Part shown: positions 47,771 to 59,402 of the stretch, piece by piece | How positions within the stretch are numbered: the first letter of the stretch is position 1 | Layout of the letters: every line of letters begins with the position of its first letter | Source: Acidobacteriota bacterium | GTDB taxonomy: Bacteria > Acidobacteriota > Vicinamibacteria > Marinacidobacterales > Marinacidobacteraceae | NCBI GenBank assembly: GCA_022826825.1 | Contig: JAJDUD010000021.1 | Coordinates: forward strand, 7,610-71,609 | DNA: 64,000 bases | Reading direction: 5' to 3' | Made by a program: the position numbers and the translations under genes | Notes under the pieces: model-generated | Database searches by the model: none | The model's input: only the letters and a program-made list of their open reading frames with translations | Told to the model about the DNA's origin: nothing

Positions 47771-49177
47771 TTACCAGGAGTCGGGATACCGGAACGGCAG
47801 GACCGTGGTCGGACTGGTGGATTCGAAATGAATCAGCACGTCGAATTCCGCGGTGAGCGGAATCTCATACCAGTACCACTGCGGATTCGCGTCGTCATAG
47901 CAGGCGCCGATGCTGCGAAAGAGATTCGTCTCGGCGAGCCACGCGCTTCCCGGGTCGTCGGGGTTGACGCCGCGCAGGTCGAGGACGAAGCGGGGCGCGG
48001 CGGCTCGCGACAAGAGGCGCTCATAGGAGCCGGAGACCGGGGCATCGAGGTCGAAAGCGGTCCGTTCTCCGCAGCGCCGCCCGAGTTCCCGTCTCGCCGT
48101 CAATCGGCCGCGTTCGTGGCTGAAGGCCACGATGACCATGTCGTCGCCGAAGGTTCCGCGAAGGAACGACCCCTGGAAGCCAGGCCTGTTGGCAACGTGG
48201 CCGTTGTGAGCCCACAGCACCATCCTGCCATCGGGACCGATCCGCCGGCTGAGCCACTCCGTGTTTTCGGCCATGGACTCGTCACGCCCCTGTTCACCGG
48301 TCACCAGGAGATGGCTCTGGACGGCGATGCGCAGGCTCTGGAGCGCCACCTCGAAGGCGTCCTCTCCTCCCGCCATGACGTACTCGTCCCGGTGAGCGAG
48401 GAGACGCTCCCTGACGTTTTCCAGCGACAACGCGCATTCCGTCCGGTGCGCATCGGACTGATCCCAGTACGACGGGCTCGGAAACCAGCCGTGAGAGCCG
48501 TTGGCGAAGTCCTCGAGGCACCCGAGTTCTGCGGAGACCTCCTCCAATCCTCCCGGATCCACCTCGCCCACGTACTCGCGCACGTTGTGGAGCGCCATCC
48601 CCGGGAACTGCATGTCGAAGCCGTGGAATCCCACGTCACCGCCCGCCTCGTTGTGGTCCCGCATCCACTCGATCATCTCGAGCACGGACTCGGTGTTCCA
48701 GGTCCAGAAATAGAGTCCCGACAGGAGGACTTCCGGGTCCCCCACCCCGGTGCGGACGTAGCGGTCGATACGGCGCGACTCCGGCCAACTGGCCTCGATC
48801 GCGAACGTGTTGAAACCCATTTCCTCGACCAGAAAGCGGAGGATCCGCGCCTTCATCTCGAAGAAGTCGCGGGTGCCGTGGGTCCCCTCGCCGAGGGCCA
48901 CGATCCGTGCGTCTCCCACGATGTCGCGGAAGAACCCGAGGTCCGTGTGGGGCAGCGAGAGGTGGGCGCCGTCGAAGGGATGGACATTCGCGTCGAGCCA
49001 GGCCGGCACCGGGTCCGGGGGGAGGGGCCGCAGGGGAAGCTGCGGCACGGTACCGACGGGCGCATCCTCCTGACATCCCCCGGTGAGTACCAGGGCGGCT
49101 ACGAGGCAGAGCGAACGAATCAGAACCGGGGAGTTCGCCGGGGGTCCGGGCATCCCTGGGGTCCGGCAGTCCTTCAC
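47771..49177 (-). CDS. Erythromycin esterase family lipoprotein, copy 3
   Basis: LGEGTHG, FAIEA, FHGFDMQ, LWAHNGH; lipobox LTGGC. Confidence 0.88.
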   Translation of the reverse strand: MKDCRTPGMPGPPANSPVLIRSLCLVAALVLTGGCQEDAPVGTVPQLPLRPLPPDPVPAWLDANVHPFDGAHLSLPHTDLGFFRDIVGDARIVALGEGTHGTRDFFEMKARILRFLVEEMGFNTFAIEASWPESRRIDRYVRTGVGDPEVLLSGLYFWTWNTESVLEMIEWMRDHNEAGGDVGFHGFDMQFPGMALHNVREYVGEVDPGGLEEVSAELGCLEDFANGSHGWFPSPSYWDQSDAHRTECALSLENVRERLLAHRDEYVMAGGEDAFEVALQSLRIAVQSHLLVTGEQGRDESMAENTEWLSRRIGPDGRMVLWAHNGHVANRPGFQGSFLRGTFGDDMVIVAFSHERGRLTARRELGRRCGERTAFDLDAPVSGSYERLLSRAAAPRFVLDLRGVNPDDPGSAWLAETNLFRSIGACYDDANPQWYWYEIPLTAEFDVLIHFESTSPTTVLPFRYPDSW

Positions 49178-50568
49178 CAGGAGTCGGGATACCGGAACGG
49201 CAGGACCGTGGTGGGCCCGGTCTGCCTGAAGTGGATGATGACGTCGTACGAGCGCGACAGGTTGGTGTTGAACCAGGTTCCATACCTGGGCGAGAGACAG
49301 CAGCCGATCGAACGAAACAGTCGCGATTCGCCAAGCCAGCGCGTTTCCGCCCGTTTGGCGTCGAGATTGCGGAGGTCGAGGACGAACCTCGGAAACCGTG
49401 CGGTCGCGAAGCGAACCTCGAACGACCCCGTTGGTGGGGGCTCCAGGTCATGGGGACCGTAGCCCCGCCGTGCGTTCGCGCGCAGGTCCACGGCGGAGAA
49501 CTTGCCGGATTCGTGACTGAACGCGACGACGACCATGTCGTCTCTGAAAGCCTCCCGCAGGTATGAGCCCTGGGCGTACGGCCGGGTGGCCACGTGACCG
49601 TTGTGAGCCCAGAGCACCATTCGGCCCTCGGGGCCGATCCGCCGGCTGATCCACACGGTGTTTTCGGCCATGAACTCGTCACGGTTCTCCCCCTTCGCGT
49701 GCATCAGGTGGTACTGGAAGGCCACCCTGAGGCTCTGAAGAGCCACCTCGAATGAGTCAGCGCCCGCTACGGCCTCATATTCCCGCCGCCGTTCGAGAAG
49801 AAACTCCCGCGTCCGCTCCATCGACGTACCGCAGGTGTCGTGGTAATTGGCACTCCGCTGCGCGTAACCCCCTCCGGAGCCGTCGGGGCCGTTCGCGTGG
49901 GTCGTGAGGCAGTTGAGTTGCGTCGCGACCATGTCGAGATTCTCCGGATCTACCTCGTCCACGTATTCGCGAACGTTGTGCAGCGCCATCCCCGGGGACT
50001 GCATGTCGAAACCGTGAAAGCCCACGTCGCCGCCGGCCTCGTTGTGACCCCGCATCCATTCGATCATCTCGAGCACGGATTCGGTGTTCCAGGTCCAGAA
50101 ATAGAGTCCGGACAGCAATGTCCTGGGGTCGCCTTCCCCGGTGCGCACGTAGTGGTCGAGACGCCGGGATTCCGGCCAGGTGGCTTCGATGGCAAAGGTG
50201 TTGAAGCCCATCTCTTCGACGAGGAAGCGGAGAATCCGCGCTTTCATCTCGAAGAAGTCGCGGGTGCCGTGGGTGTTCTCCCCCAGGGACACAACGCGCG
50301 CGTCGCCCGCGATGTCGCGGAAGAACCCGAGGTCCGTGTGGGGAAGCGAGAGGTGGGTGCCGTCGAAGGGATGGACATTGGCGTCGAGCCAGGCCGGCAC
50401 TGGATCCGGGGGGAGAGTCGGCAGCGGAAGCTGCGGCGCGGTCCCGACCGGCGCATCTTCCTGACATCCCTCCGTGAGTACCAGGACGGCAACGACGCAC
50501 AGCGCACGAGTCAGAACCGGGAGGTTCTTCCGGGGTCGGAGCATCCCCGGAATCCGTTGGTCGTTCAC
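49174..50568 (-). CDS. Erythromycin esterase family lipoprotein, copy 2
   Basis: LGENTHG, FAIEA, LWAHNGH; LTEGC; GTG overlaps upstream stop. Confidence 0.88.
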   Translation of the reverse strand: MNDQRIPGMLRPRKNLPVLTRALCVVAVLVLTEGCQEDAPVGTAPQLPLPTLPPDPVPAWLDANVHPFDGTHLSLPHTDLGFFRDIAGDARVVSLGENTHGTRDFFEMKARILRFLVEEMGFNTFAIEATWPESRRLDHYVRTGEGDPRTLLSGLYFWTWNTESVLEMIEWMRGHNEAGGDVGFHGFDMQSPGMALHNVREYVDEVDPENLDMVATQLNCLTTHANGPDGSGGGYAQRSANYHDTCGTSMERTREFLLERRREYEAVAGADSFEVALQSLRVAFQYHLMHAKGENRDEFMAENTVWISRRIGPEGRMVLWAHNGHVATRPYAQGSYLREAFRDDMVVVAFSHESGKFSAVDLRANARRGYGPHDLEPPPTGSFEVRFATARFPRFVLDLRNLDAKRAETRWLGESRLFRSIGCCLSPRYGTWFNTNLSRSYDVIIHFRQTGPTTVLPFRYPDSW

Positions 50569-51941
50569 CAGGTATCCGGGGGCCGATAGGGCAGGACCGT
50601 GGTGGCCCGGGTCCGCTCGAAGTGAATGAGCACGTCGTACCACTCCGTAAGCGGGACCGGGCGCCAGTAGCGGTCGGGCATGGAAGGCCGGTAACAGCAC
50701 CCAATGGAGCGGAACAGCCGCTCCCCCGCAAGCCAAGAGGTTCCGAGAGCACTCGTGTCGCGGTTGCGGAGGTCAAGAACGAATCTGGGGGAGACGCTTC
50801 GCGCCAGGGTGGCCTCGAACGATCCCGGCATCGGGATGTCGAGGTCGAACGCGGGATAACCGCGGTAGGTGGTCGCCTCCAGGTCCACCCCGGTGAACTG
50901 ACCACCCTCGTGACTGAACCCCACGACGACCATGTCGTCGCCGAAGGTCTCGCGCAAGTACCAGCCCTGCGCTTCCGGCTGGGTGGAGACGTGGTAGTTG
51001 TGGGCCCAGAGCACCATTCGTCCCTCCGGCCCGATCCGGCGGCTGATCCACTCGGTGTTTTCCGCCATGGACTCGTCCCGACCCTGTTCCCGTGCGGCGC
51101 TCAGGTGGTACTGCACCGCGACGCGCAGGCTCTGAAGCGCGATCTCGAAGGCGTCCTCCCCTGCCGCGGCCTGGTACGCGTCACGCTGCGAGAGCAGGAA
51201 CTCGCGAGCTTCGTCGAGCGATGCGCTGCAGTCCGTCCGGTAGGAATCGGGCTGATCCCGGTACCCGGGACGCGGAATGCGTCCGTCGGGGCTGTTCGCA
51301 TACCTGTCGAGGCAGTCGAGTCGGTCAGAAACCGCCTCCAACGCCTCGGGCTCCACGCGCCGCACGTATTCCCGCACGTTGTGAAGCGCCATCCCCGGGT
51401 ACTGCATGTCGAAACCGTGGAATCCCACATCGCCCCCGGCCTCGTTGTGTTCCCGCATCCATTCGATCATTTCCAGTACGGATTCGGTGTTCCAGGTCCA
51501 GAAATAGAGCCCCGACAGGAATCTCTCCGGGTCTCCCTCGCCGGTACGCACGTAGTGGTCGAGACGCCGCGATTCGGGCCAGGTCGCCTCGATGGCGAAC
51601 GTGTTGAATCCCATCTCCTCGACCAGGAACCGAAGGATGCGCGCCTTCATCTCGAAGAAGTCGCGAGCGCCATGGGTGTTCTCGCCCAGCGCCACGATGC
51701 GGGCGTCTCCCACGACGTCACGGAGGAACTCGAGTTCGGCGTGCGGGAGGGAGAGGTGCGGACCCGTAAACGGATGCGTATTCGCCGCCAGCCAGGTCAC
51801 GACGGGGTCCGGAGGCGGGTCCGGCAGGTTGAGCGTGGGCGTCACCGGGTCGTCGGCGCAACCGTGGTTCAGCATCAGCACGGCCGTGATCAGGGTGAGC
51901 CGCACCGGGGTGCGGGCGCCGAAAACAGGGATTCCGGACAT
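50565..51941 (-). CDS. Erythromycin esterase family lipoprotein, copy 1
   Basis: LGENTHG, FAIEA, LWAHNYH; LNHGC; RBS GGGAG. Confidence 0.88.
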   Translation of the reverse strand: MSGIPVFGARTPVRLTLITAVLMLNHGCADDPVTPTLNLPDPPPDPVVTWLAANTHPFTGPHLSLPHAELEFLRDVVGDARIVALGENTHGARDFFEMKARILRFLVEEMGFNTFAIEATWPESRRLDHYVRTGEGDPERFLSGLYFWTWNTESVLEMIEWMREHNEAGGDVGFHGFDMQYPGMALHNVREYVRRVEPEALEAVSDRLDCLDRYANSPDGRIPRPGYRDQPDSYRTDCSASLDEAREFLLSQRDAYQAAAGEDAFEIALQSLRVAVQYHLSAAREQGRDESMAENTEWISRRIGPEGRMVLWAHNYHVSTQPEAQGWYLRETFGDDMVVVGFSHEGGQFTGVDLEATTYRGYPAFDLDIPMPGSFEATLARSVSPRFVLDLRNRDTSALGTSWLAGERLFRSIGCCYRPSMPDRYWRPVPLTEWYDVLIHFERTRATTVLPYRPPDTW

Positions 51942-52077
51942 TGGCTGTCTCCCTTCCCGTGGAGTTCTCGGCCGTAACGCACGCAAGCGGTTTGCCAATT
52001 ACGGATGTGACACCGCGGAGGGAGGGCGGCGTGATCAGCGGACCGAGCCATCCGGGCGAATAGCCCTGCGCGCTTTC

Positions 52078-52205
52078 GCTGGGCTTCGCCCAGCGGTGCC
52101 GGCCGGAGGCGGGCGCTCCCTGCCGGGTGCGCAATCCGGCGGAATAGCGGCGGGAGTTTCGCCCGCCCGGCGGGCGGGCGATGCCGGTCTGAAGACCGGC
52201 GCTCC
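52078..52205 (-). repeat. Two tandem REP-like repeats
   Basis: GCTGGGCTTCGCCCAGC..GCCGGCCGGAGGCGGGCGCTCC and GGGAGTTTCGCCCGCC..GATGCCGGTCTGAAGACCGGCGCTCC. Confidence 0.75.
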
Positions 52206-52220
52206 TACCTATCTGACCAC

Positions 52221-53879
52221 CTAGCGCTTGGTCGGCTTGGGGTACTCGTGGTCGGGGTCGTCCTCGAGGAAGAGGGGCATCGGCGGGGGCGGGAGGCCCT
52301 GCTCGGCACGGGCGGCGCGTACGGTCTCGCGAACGTCCGTGAGCAGCTTCCGGGTGTCGTAGAGGATGCCGTCCTTCATCAGGTACTTGATGGACCCGAT
52401 GCGCTCGGTCCGGCCGGTGGCGTGGTTCAGGCGGACGGTGCCGGTGCCGTAGAGCACCTTCAGGTTGTGGAGCGGGTTCTCCTCGAGGATCACGAAGTCG
52501 GCGATCTTCTCTTCCTCGATGCTGCCGAGCCGCTCACCGAGCCCGAGGTACTCGGCTCCGTCGAGCGTGGCGGCCTTGATCACCTCGAGCGGGTGGAATC
52601 CGGCCTCCTGGAACAGCTCCAGCTCCTGCACGAAGCCGAAGCCGTAGAGATTGAAGGTGTAGCCCGAATCGCTGCCCACCACGACGCGGCCCCCCCGGTT
52701 CTTGAACTCGTTCACGAAGGCCATCCAGAGCCGGTAGTTCTCCTTCCAGTTCAGCTCCACCTGGGTGGTCCAGTCGAAGAAGTAGGAGGCGTGGTTCACG
52801 GCGCTCGGGCGGTAGAACTCCCAGAGGTTCGGATGGGTGTAGACCGAGTGCCACTCGTTCCGCTGCTGGCGCATCAGGTCACGCGTGCCGATATAGGCGA
52901 CCCAGGTCGGATGGATCGTGAAATCGAGCTCCAGCAGCTCGTTCATCACCGCGTTCCACTTCTCGGAGAACGGCGGCGCGGCCTGCGCCCACAGCCGGCC
53001 CGCCTCGGTGAACCGGTGATACTCGTTGTTGTAGTTGTAGTCGAACGGGTAGTGCTGGATCGTCTTGTCCGCGAACATGGCCTCCGGCAGGCCGTACCAG
53101 TGGGTCATGGAGGTCAGCCCGGCGCGCGCGGTGTCGAGCGCGTTCATGCCCACCACGTCGAGCTGGGCGTGGTGCGTCGTGGAGAGGAGCCCCACCTTCG
53201 CCGCCTCGTCGAGGGCCGCCCGGAAGATGCGCGGCGAGGCGCCGAAGAACTTGATCCCGTCGGCGCCCTGCTCCTTGACCCACCGGACCCAGCGGCGGGC
53301 CGCGTCCGGATTCGTGACCGGCTCTTCGCCGTCGCGTCCGAAGACCACGAACGTCTGCATTCGGGGCGAGGTGATCTCGTTGTTCCAGGCACGCCGCGCG
53401 TGGTGGAGGAGCCAGCGCGTGTTGAAGTTGCCGACGTCGGCGCCGGTGGCGATGCCGTGTCCCATCCACAGCTTGTGGATGTACTCGGTGGGGACGCGCT
53501 GCCCCTCCCCCTCATAGTGCTGGTGGAGGTGCATGTCCAGGAACCCGGGCAGGATGTAGTGCCCGTGGAGATCGATCTCGTGATCTCCCGGCTGCGCCAC
53601 CGGCCGGTCCTCTTCGTGGATCGGGCTCACCCCGGTCCCGACGCTCGTGATCGAGCGGATGACGTTCCCCTCGACGACGATGTCCGCCGGGCCGTAGGGC
53701 GGCGCTCCGGTGCCGTCGATCACGAGCGGACCGCGCAGGATCACCCGGTCCCAGGGCCCCTCGCCGTCGGTGCGGTCGGGCACCGGATAGGGGATTTCCT
53801 CCTGGGCGGCGAGCGGCGCGGCGAGCGCGCCGGCGGCGACAAGCGCGAGCAGCAGGGTGGACAGACGGGTTCGAGTCAT
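52221..53879 (-). CDS. Secreted amidohydrolase family protein
   Basis: Signal peptide; PGFLDMHLH, GADGIKF, VGSDSG, GSIEEEKIADF. Confidence 0.88.
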   Translation of the reverse strand: MTRTRLSTLLLALVAAGALAAPLAAQEEIPYPVPDRTDGEGPWDRVILRGPLVIDGTGAPPYGPADIVVEGNVIRSITSVGTGVSPIHEEDRPVAQPGDHEIDLHGHYILPGFLDMHLHQHYEGEGQRVPTEYIHKLWMGHGIATGADVGNFNTRWLLHHARRAWNNEITSPRMQTFVVFGRDGEEPVTNPDAARRWVRWVKEQGADGIKFFGASPRIFRAALDEAAKVGLLSTTHHAQLDVVGMNALDTARAGLTSMTHWYGLPEAMFADKTIQHYPFDYNYNNEYHRFTEAGRLWAQAAPPFSEKWNAVMNELLELDFTIHPTWVAYIGTRDLMRQQRNEWHSVYTHPNLWEFYRPSAVNHASYFFDWTTQVELNWKENYRLWMAFVNEFKNRGGRVVVGSDSGYTFNLYGFGFVQELELFQEAGFHPLEVIKAATLDGAEYLGLGERLGSIEEEKIADFVILEENPLHNLKVLYGTGTVRLNHATGRTERIGSIKYLMKDGILYDTRKLLTDVRETVRAARAEQGLPPPPMPLFLEDDPDHEYPKPTKR

Positions 53880-53946
53880 GCGGCAGATGGCCTCCGAAAG
53901 CGGGTCAGTATCCCATATGGACGCGGGTTTTCCCGCGCCGAATCGG

Positions 53947-54735
53947 TCAGGTGGCGAGACGGTCGAGACGCAGCCGGTGCCGCTCGTCGAAGAGCCGGCG
54001 GGACACCACCCGCACCGCCGCCAGCACCCCGAAACCGGTCCCGGCGGCGATGAGGAGCAGGATCAGGATCTGGTAGCGGACCGCCTGGTCCACCGAGGCG
54101 CCGGCGAGGATCTGCCCGGTCATCATCCCGGGCAGGCTCACCACCCCGGCGGCCGCCATCGCGTTGAAGATGGGGATCAGCCCGGCCCGCACGCTCTCGC
54201 GGGCGATGTCGGACACCGCCGCCTCCCGCGTCTCCCCGAGGGCGAGCCGCTGCTCGATCACCTCGCGGCTGCGGACCACCGCTTCCGTCAGCCGCTCGGT
54301 GGACAAGGACACGCCGTTCATCGTGTTGCCGAGCAGCATCCCGAGCAGCGGGATGGAAAAGCGCGGCGCCCACCACGGATCCGGCCCGAGCACCACCGCG
54401 AGCGCGAAGACGGTGAACAGGAAGGAGGACAGGAACATCGCCATCCCCCCGGCGAGATACCCCCAGCGTCCGGCCAGCGGCCGCGCCTGGCGGATCTTCA
54501 CCTCGCGCGCCGCGACCGCGAGCATGAACAGCGCCATCAGCCCGACGATCAGCGGGTGGCTCGTCCCGAGCACGAAACGCAGCACGAGCCCCAGCAGGAG
54601 AAGCTGCGCCGACCCCCGCGCGGCGAGCCAGAGGAGCTGCCGGGAGACGCCGAGACCGGCCATCCGGTTGGCGAGCGCCAGCAGCACCACCGCCGCCGCG
54701 GCGGCGACCAGGTCCCAGTAGCTGAGGGGGATCAC
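53947..54735 (-). CDS. fetB: ABC exporter permease, UPF0014 (FetB/YbbM)
   Basis: IPLLGMLLGNTMN, GVVSLPGMMTGQILAG, AVRYQI. Confidence 0.9.
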   Translation of the reverse strand: MIPLSYWDLVAAAAAVVLLALANRMAGLGVSRQLLWLAARGSAQLLLLGLVLRFVLGTSHPLIVGLMALFMLAVAAREVKIRQARPLAGRWGYLAGGMAMFLSSFLFTVFALAVVLGPDPWWAPRFSIPLLGMLLGNTMNGVSLSTERLTEAVVRSREVIEQRLALGETREAAVSDIARESVRAGLIPIFNAMAAAGVVSLPGMMTGQILAGASVDQAVRYQILILLLIAAGTGFGVLAAVRVVSRRLFDERHRLRLDRLAT

Positions 54736-55361
54736 GCCGGGGACTCCGCCGGGGCCGGGCCCGGATCGGGAAGGCCGCGGACCTCGCCCTCCGGCAGCAA
54801 GAGCACCCGGTCCGCAGCCGCCACCACTTCGGGAAGGTGGGAAACCCACACCACCGGGGCGTGCCGCTCCCTGCGGTAGCGGTCGATCCGGCCGATGACG
54901 AGCGCCCGGTTGTCCTGGTCGAGGTTCGCGGTGGGTTCGTCGAGCAGCAGGACCTCGGGCGCGTTCAGGAGCAGCCGCAGGAGCGCCAGCCGGGACCGCT
55001 CCCCGGTGGAGAGCCGCGCCGGGTCGGCGTGGCGGACTTCCGGATCGAGACGGAGTCCGGCGAGTTCTTCGGCGAGGGAGTCTTCGTCCTCCGGGAAGTG
55101 CGCGCCGACCGCCGGGCGCCAGAAACGCGGCTCCGCGGGGAGAAGGCCGACCCGCCGGCGCCATTCGGGGGCCGGGACGGCCGCGCAGGAACGCTCGCCC
55201 CACCGGACGTCCCCGCGGTGCGGATCGAGGTCCGCCAGGGTCCGGAGCAGACGGGTCTTTCCCGATCCGGACGGACCGGAGACCGCGAGCACGCCTCCGG
55301 GCGGCACCTCGAAGGAGAGCGGCGAAAGCCCCGGAATCTCCAGATCGCGAACGGCGAACAC
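54732..55361 (-). CDS. fetA: ABC transporter ATP-binding protein (FetA/YbbL)
   Basis: GPSGSGKT, LSTGE, LLLDEPTANLD, WVSH. Confidence 0.88.
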   Translation of the reverse strand: MFAVRDLEIPGLSPLSFEVPPGGVLAVSGPSGSGKTRLLRTLADLDPHRGDVRWGERSCAAVPAPEWRRRVGLLPAEPRFWRPAVGAHFPEDEDSLAEELAGLRLDPEVRHADPARLSTGERSRLALLRLLLNAPEVLLLDEPTANLDQDNRALVIGRIDRYRRERHAPVVWVSHLPEVVAAADRVLLLPEGEVRGLPDPGPAPAESPA

Positions 55362-55430
55362 GCTCCAATTGTGGCTCGACTGCCGCGCGGGGAGTCCCGG
55401 AGGGGCCGCCGGCCTCCGTACACTGACGGG

Positions 55431-56351
55431 GTGAGCGAGCCAGGCGGCCCGGTCCCGCGCCGGACAGCTTCCCTCGGCCGCTGCGCCGTCGCCGGGGTCC
55501 TCGCGGGGCTCGCCAGCCTCGTCCCGGGGGTGAGCGGCGGCACCATGATCCTGGCCGCCGGGGTGTACCCGGAACTCGTGGAAGCGATCGCGGAGCTCAC
55601 CTCCGGACGGTTCCGGCGCCTGTCGGCGACCCGGCTCGTGGTGACCGTCGGGTGCGCCCTGGTGGCGGTCTTCGGCGTCGCCGGGACCGCCCGCGACGCC
55701 TTCACCGCGTGGCCGGTGGTCTGTTTCGCCCTCTTCCTGGGCCTCACCCTCGGCGGCGCCCCGCTGCTCTGGCGGATGGCCTCGGGACCGGGCCGGGTCT
55801 TCGCGGCCGGGGCCGTCGCGGGGGCGCTGGCGGTCGTCCTCCCGATCCTGCTGGCCGTCCGGGGGGACGCGGAGGCCACCGCCTTCGCGGCGTCGGCCCC
55901 CGCGTTCTTCGGGGCGGGAGCGGTCGCCGCCTTCGCCATGGTGCTGCCCGGGATCAGCGGCAGCACCCTGCTGCTCCTGATGGGGATGTACCTGCCGTTC
56001 CTGGATGCGGCGGACCGGTTGGCGGACACCCTCGGCAGGCAGCCGTGGGATTCGGCGGCGCTTCTCGCGGCCATCGCCGGCGTGCTGCCCTTCTTCTTCG
56101 GGATCGCGTGCGGCATGGCCGCCGCCGCGCGCCTCGTGCGATACTTCCTCGGCGCCTATCCGCAGGCCACTCTCGGCGTGCTCTTCGGTTTGCTGCTGGG
56201 AGCGACGGCGGGTCTTTGGCCCTTCCAGACCATGAACGGCGTCTATTTCGCCCCCACGGGCGCCCAGATCGTCATCGCGGGCGTGACCATCGCCGGAGGG
56301 TTCCTGTTCACCTCCTATCTCGGCGGCGGCCGCCGGCGAGCCGGCCAGTGA
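55431..56351 (+). CDS. DUF368 family membrane protein (undecaprenyl-phosphate translocase family)
   Basis: Duplicated VPGVSGGT / LPGISGS motifs. Confidence 0.88.
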   Translation: MSEPGGPVPRRTASLGRCAVAGVLAGLASLVPGVSGGTMILAAGVYPELVEAIAELTSGRFRRLSATRLVVTVGCALVAVFGVAGTARDAFTAWPVVCFALFLGLTLGGAPLLWRMASGPGRVFAAGAVAGALAVVLPILLAVRGDAEATAFAASAPAFFGAGAVAAFAMVLPGISGSTLLLLMGMYLPFLDAADRLADTLGRQPWDSAALLAAIAGVLPFFFGIACGMAAAARLVRYFLGAYPQATLGVLFGLLLGATAGLWPFQTMNGVYFAPTGAQIVIAGVTIAGGFLFTSYLGGGRRRAGQ

Positions 56352-56385
56352 TTCCCGCTCACTCTTCGCAAAGGACCCGCACTTC

Positions 56386-57885
<1,500 letters not shown>

Positions 57886-57888
57886 CCC

Positions 57889-59031
57889 GTGGCGGACGAC
57901 CGGGCTCAAGAGCCGGCGGGACCCCGTTCGGGGGATCCCCGGACCGCCGCCCTGGTCGTCCTCTCCTCGGCGGTCCTCCTCGCCGCCGTCTGCGGCGTCG
58001 TCTGGCTCCTCTACCGGTTCGTCGCCGCGTTCTCCCACGTGCTGCTCCCCCTCGCGGTGGGCGGTCTCGCGGCGCTGGTCTTCAAGCCGTGGTTCCACGC
58101 CTTCCGGACGCGCTGCCGCTTGCCCGCCTGGGCGGCGCTCATCGCCGTCTATCTCTCGGTGGCGGCGGTCCTCGCCGGCTTCGCGTTGGTCTTCGGCCGT
58201 TTGCTCGCGACCCAGCTCGGCGACCTCGCCGAACAGGCCCCGACGTTTCTGGAAAACGCCTACGCCTGGGTGGTCGCGAAGACCCCGACGTTCGTGGATT
58301 TCTTCGAGAACCACCCGGTGGGCCAGCAGGTCCGGGACTTCGTCCTGAGCCAGCAGGCCACCCTCCTCCAGAGGCTCGCCCGGGTCGGGGAACAGGCGGT
58401 GGCGGCGAGCGCGGGCATCCTGCGCGGCGTCGGGACGCTGCTCTCGTGGGCGGTCCTGCCCCTCTACTTCGGGTTCTTCCTGCTCTGGGAGCCCCCGCCG
58501 GCCGACACCGCCCGGATGCTGCCGTTCCTGAAGCCGCGGACCCGCGACACGGTCGTCCGGCTCGCCGGCGACTTCGTCCAGATCCTGATCGTGTTCTTCC
58601 GGGCCCAGCTCGTGGTGGCGTTCCTCCAGGGCCTGCTGGTCGCGATCGGGTTCACGGCGATCGGCCTCGACTACGGCTTCGTGATCGGACTGGGACTGGG
58701 CGTCCTGACCATCATCCCCTACCTGGGGACCGCCGTCGGGTTCGCCGTCGCGGTGCCGCTCGCCTGGATCCAGCCGGACGGCGGTCTCGTGCTCGCCGCG
58801 CTCGCCGCCGGGGTGCTGATCGCGGTGCAGTTGATCGAGGGCTGGATCCTCACGCCCAGGATCATGGGCGACCAGACGGGGCTCCACTGGATGGCGATCA
58901 TCGTGGCGCTGCTCTTCTGGGCGAGCGCGCTCGGCGGCCTCACCGGAACGCTGCTCGCGATCCCGCTGACCGCGTTCGCCGTGTCGGCCTGGCGGCTGCT
59001 GCGGGAGCGCTACGTGGTCGAGGTGGTCTGA
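57889..59031 (+). CDS. AI-2E family transporter
   Basis: IIPYLG, QLIEGWILTPRIMG, GTLLAIPL. Confidence 0.88.
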   Translation: MADDRAQEPAGPRSGDPRTAALVVLSSAVLLAAVCGVVWLLYRFVAAFSHVLLPLAVGGLAALVFKPWFHAFRTRCRLPAWAALIAVYLSVAAVLAGFALVFGRLLATQLGDLAEQAPTFLENAYAWVVAKTPTFVDFFENHPVGQQVRDFVLSQQATLLQRLARVGEQAVAASAGILRGVGTLLSWAVLPLYFGFFLLWEPPPADTARMLPFLKPRTRDTVVRLAGDFVQILIVFFRAQLVVAFLQGLLVAIGFTAIGLDYGFVIGLGLGVLTIIPYLGTAVGFAVAVPLAWIQPDGGLVLAALAAGVLIAVQLIEGWILTPRIMGDQTGLHWMAIIVALLFWASALGGLTGTLLAIPLTAFAVSAWRLLRERYVVEVV

Positions 59032-59048
59032 GGAGGAGGGCGATGGCT

Positions 59049-59069
59049 GTATAGCCGATTGGCTATACT
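59049..59069 (+). promoter_or_regulatory. Palindromic operator overlapping a -10 box
   Basis: GTATAGCC-GATT-GGCTATAC with perfect 8-bp arms; TATACT at 59064-59069, 6 nt before GTG. Confidence 0.7.
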
Positions 59070-59075
59070 GACTGC

Positions 59076-59402
59076 GTGATCCTCCGAAGCCTGGTCCGCG
59101 AAGCCCGGAAACGGGCGGGGTTCACCCAAGCCGAACTGGGGCGTCGCGCCGGAGTCCCCCAGTCCACCGTCGCGCGGGTCGAATCCGGCGCGCGGACTCC
59201 CTCGACGGATCTGGTCGAACGGCTCGTGCGCGCCGCCGGCTTCGAGATCCGCTGCCGCCTCGGCGAACCCGATCCCGGGACACGCTCGCTCTTCGAGGCG
59301 AGGCTCCTGTAGACCCCCGCCCAACGTCTGTCCGGCGCCGCCCGCGCCGCCCGCTTTGTGCTCCGCGGGCGGTCCCGCATCGCCGAGCGGCGCAATGCGT
59401 GA
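59076..59402 (+). pseudogene. XRE-family HTH protein (putative antitoxin) interrupted by an in-frame TAG at 59310
   Basis: ARKRAGFTQAELGRRAGVPQSTVARVESG; frame continues TPAQRL... to a TGA overlapping the next gene's start. Confidence 0.7.

Noticed and set aside
56352-56385. SAH riboswitch upstream of ahcY
   Set aside because: The intergenic gap is only about 34 bp and no recognisable motif is present
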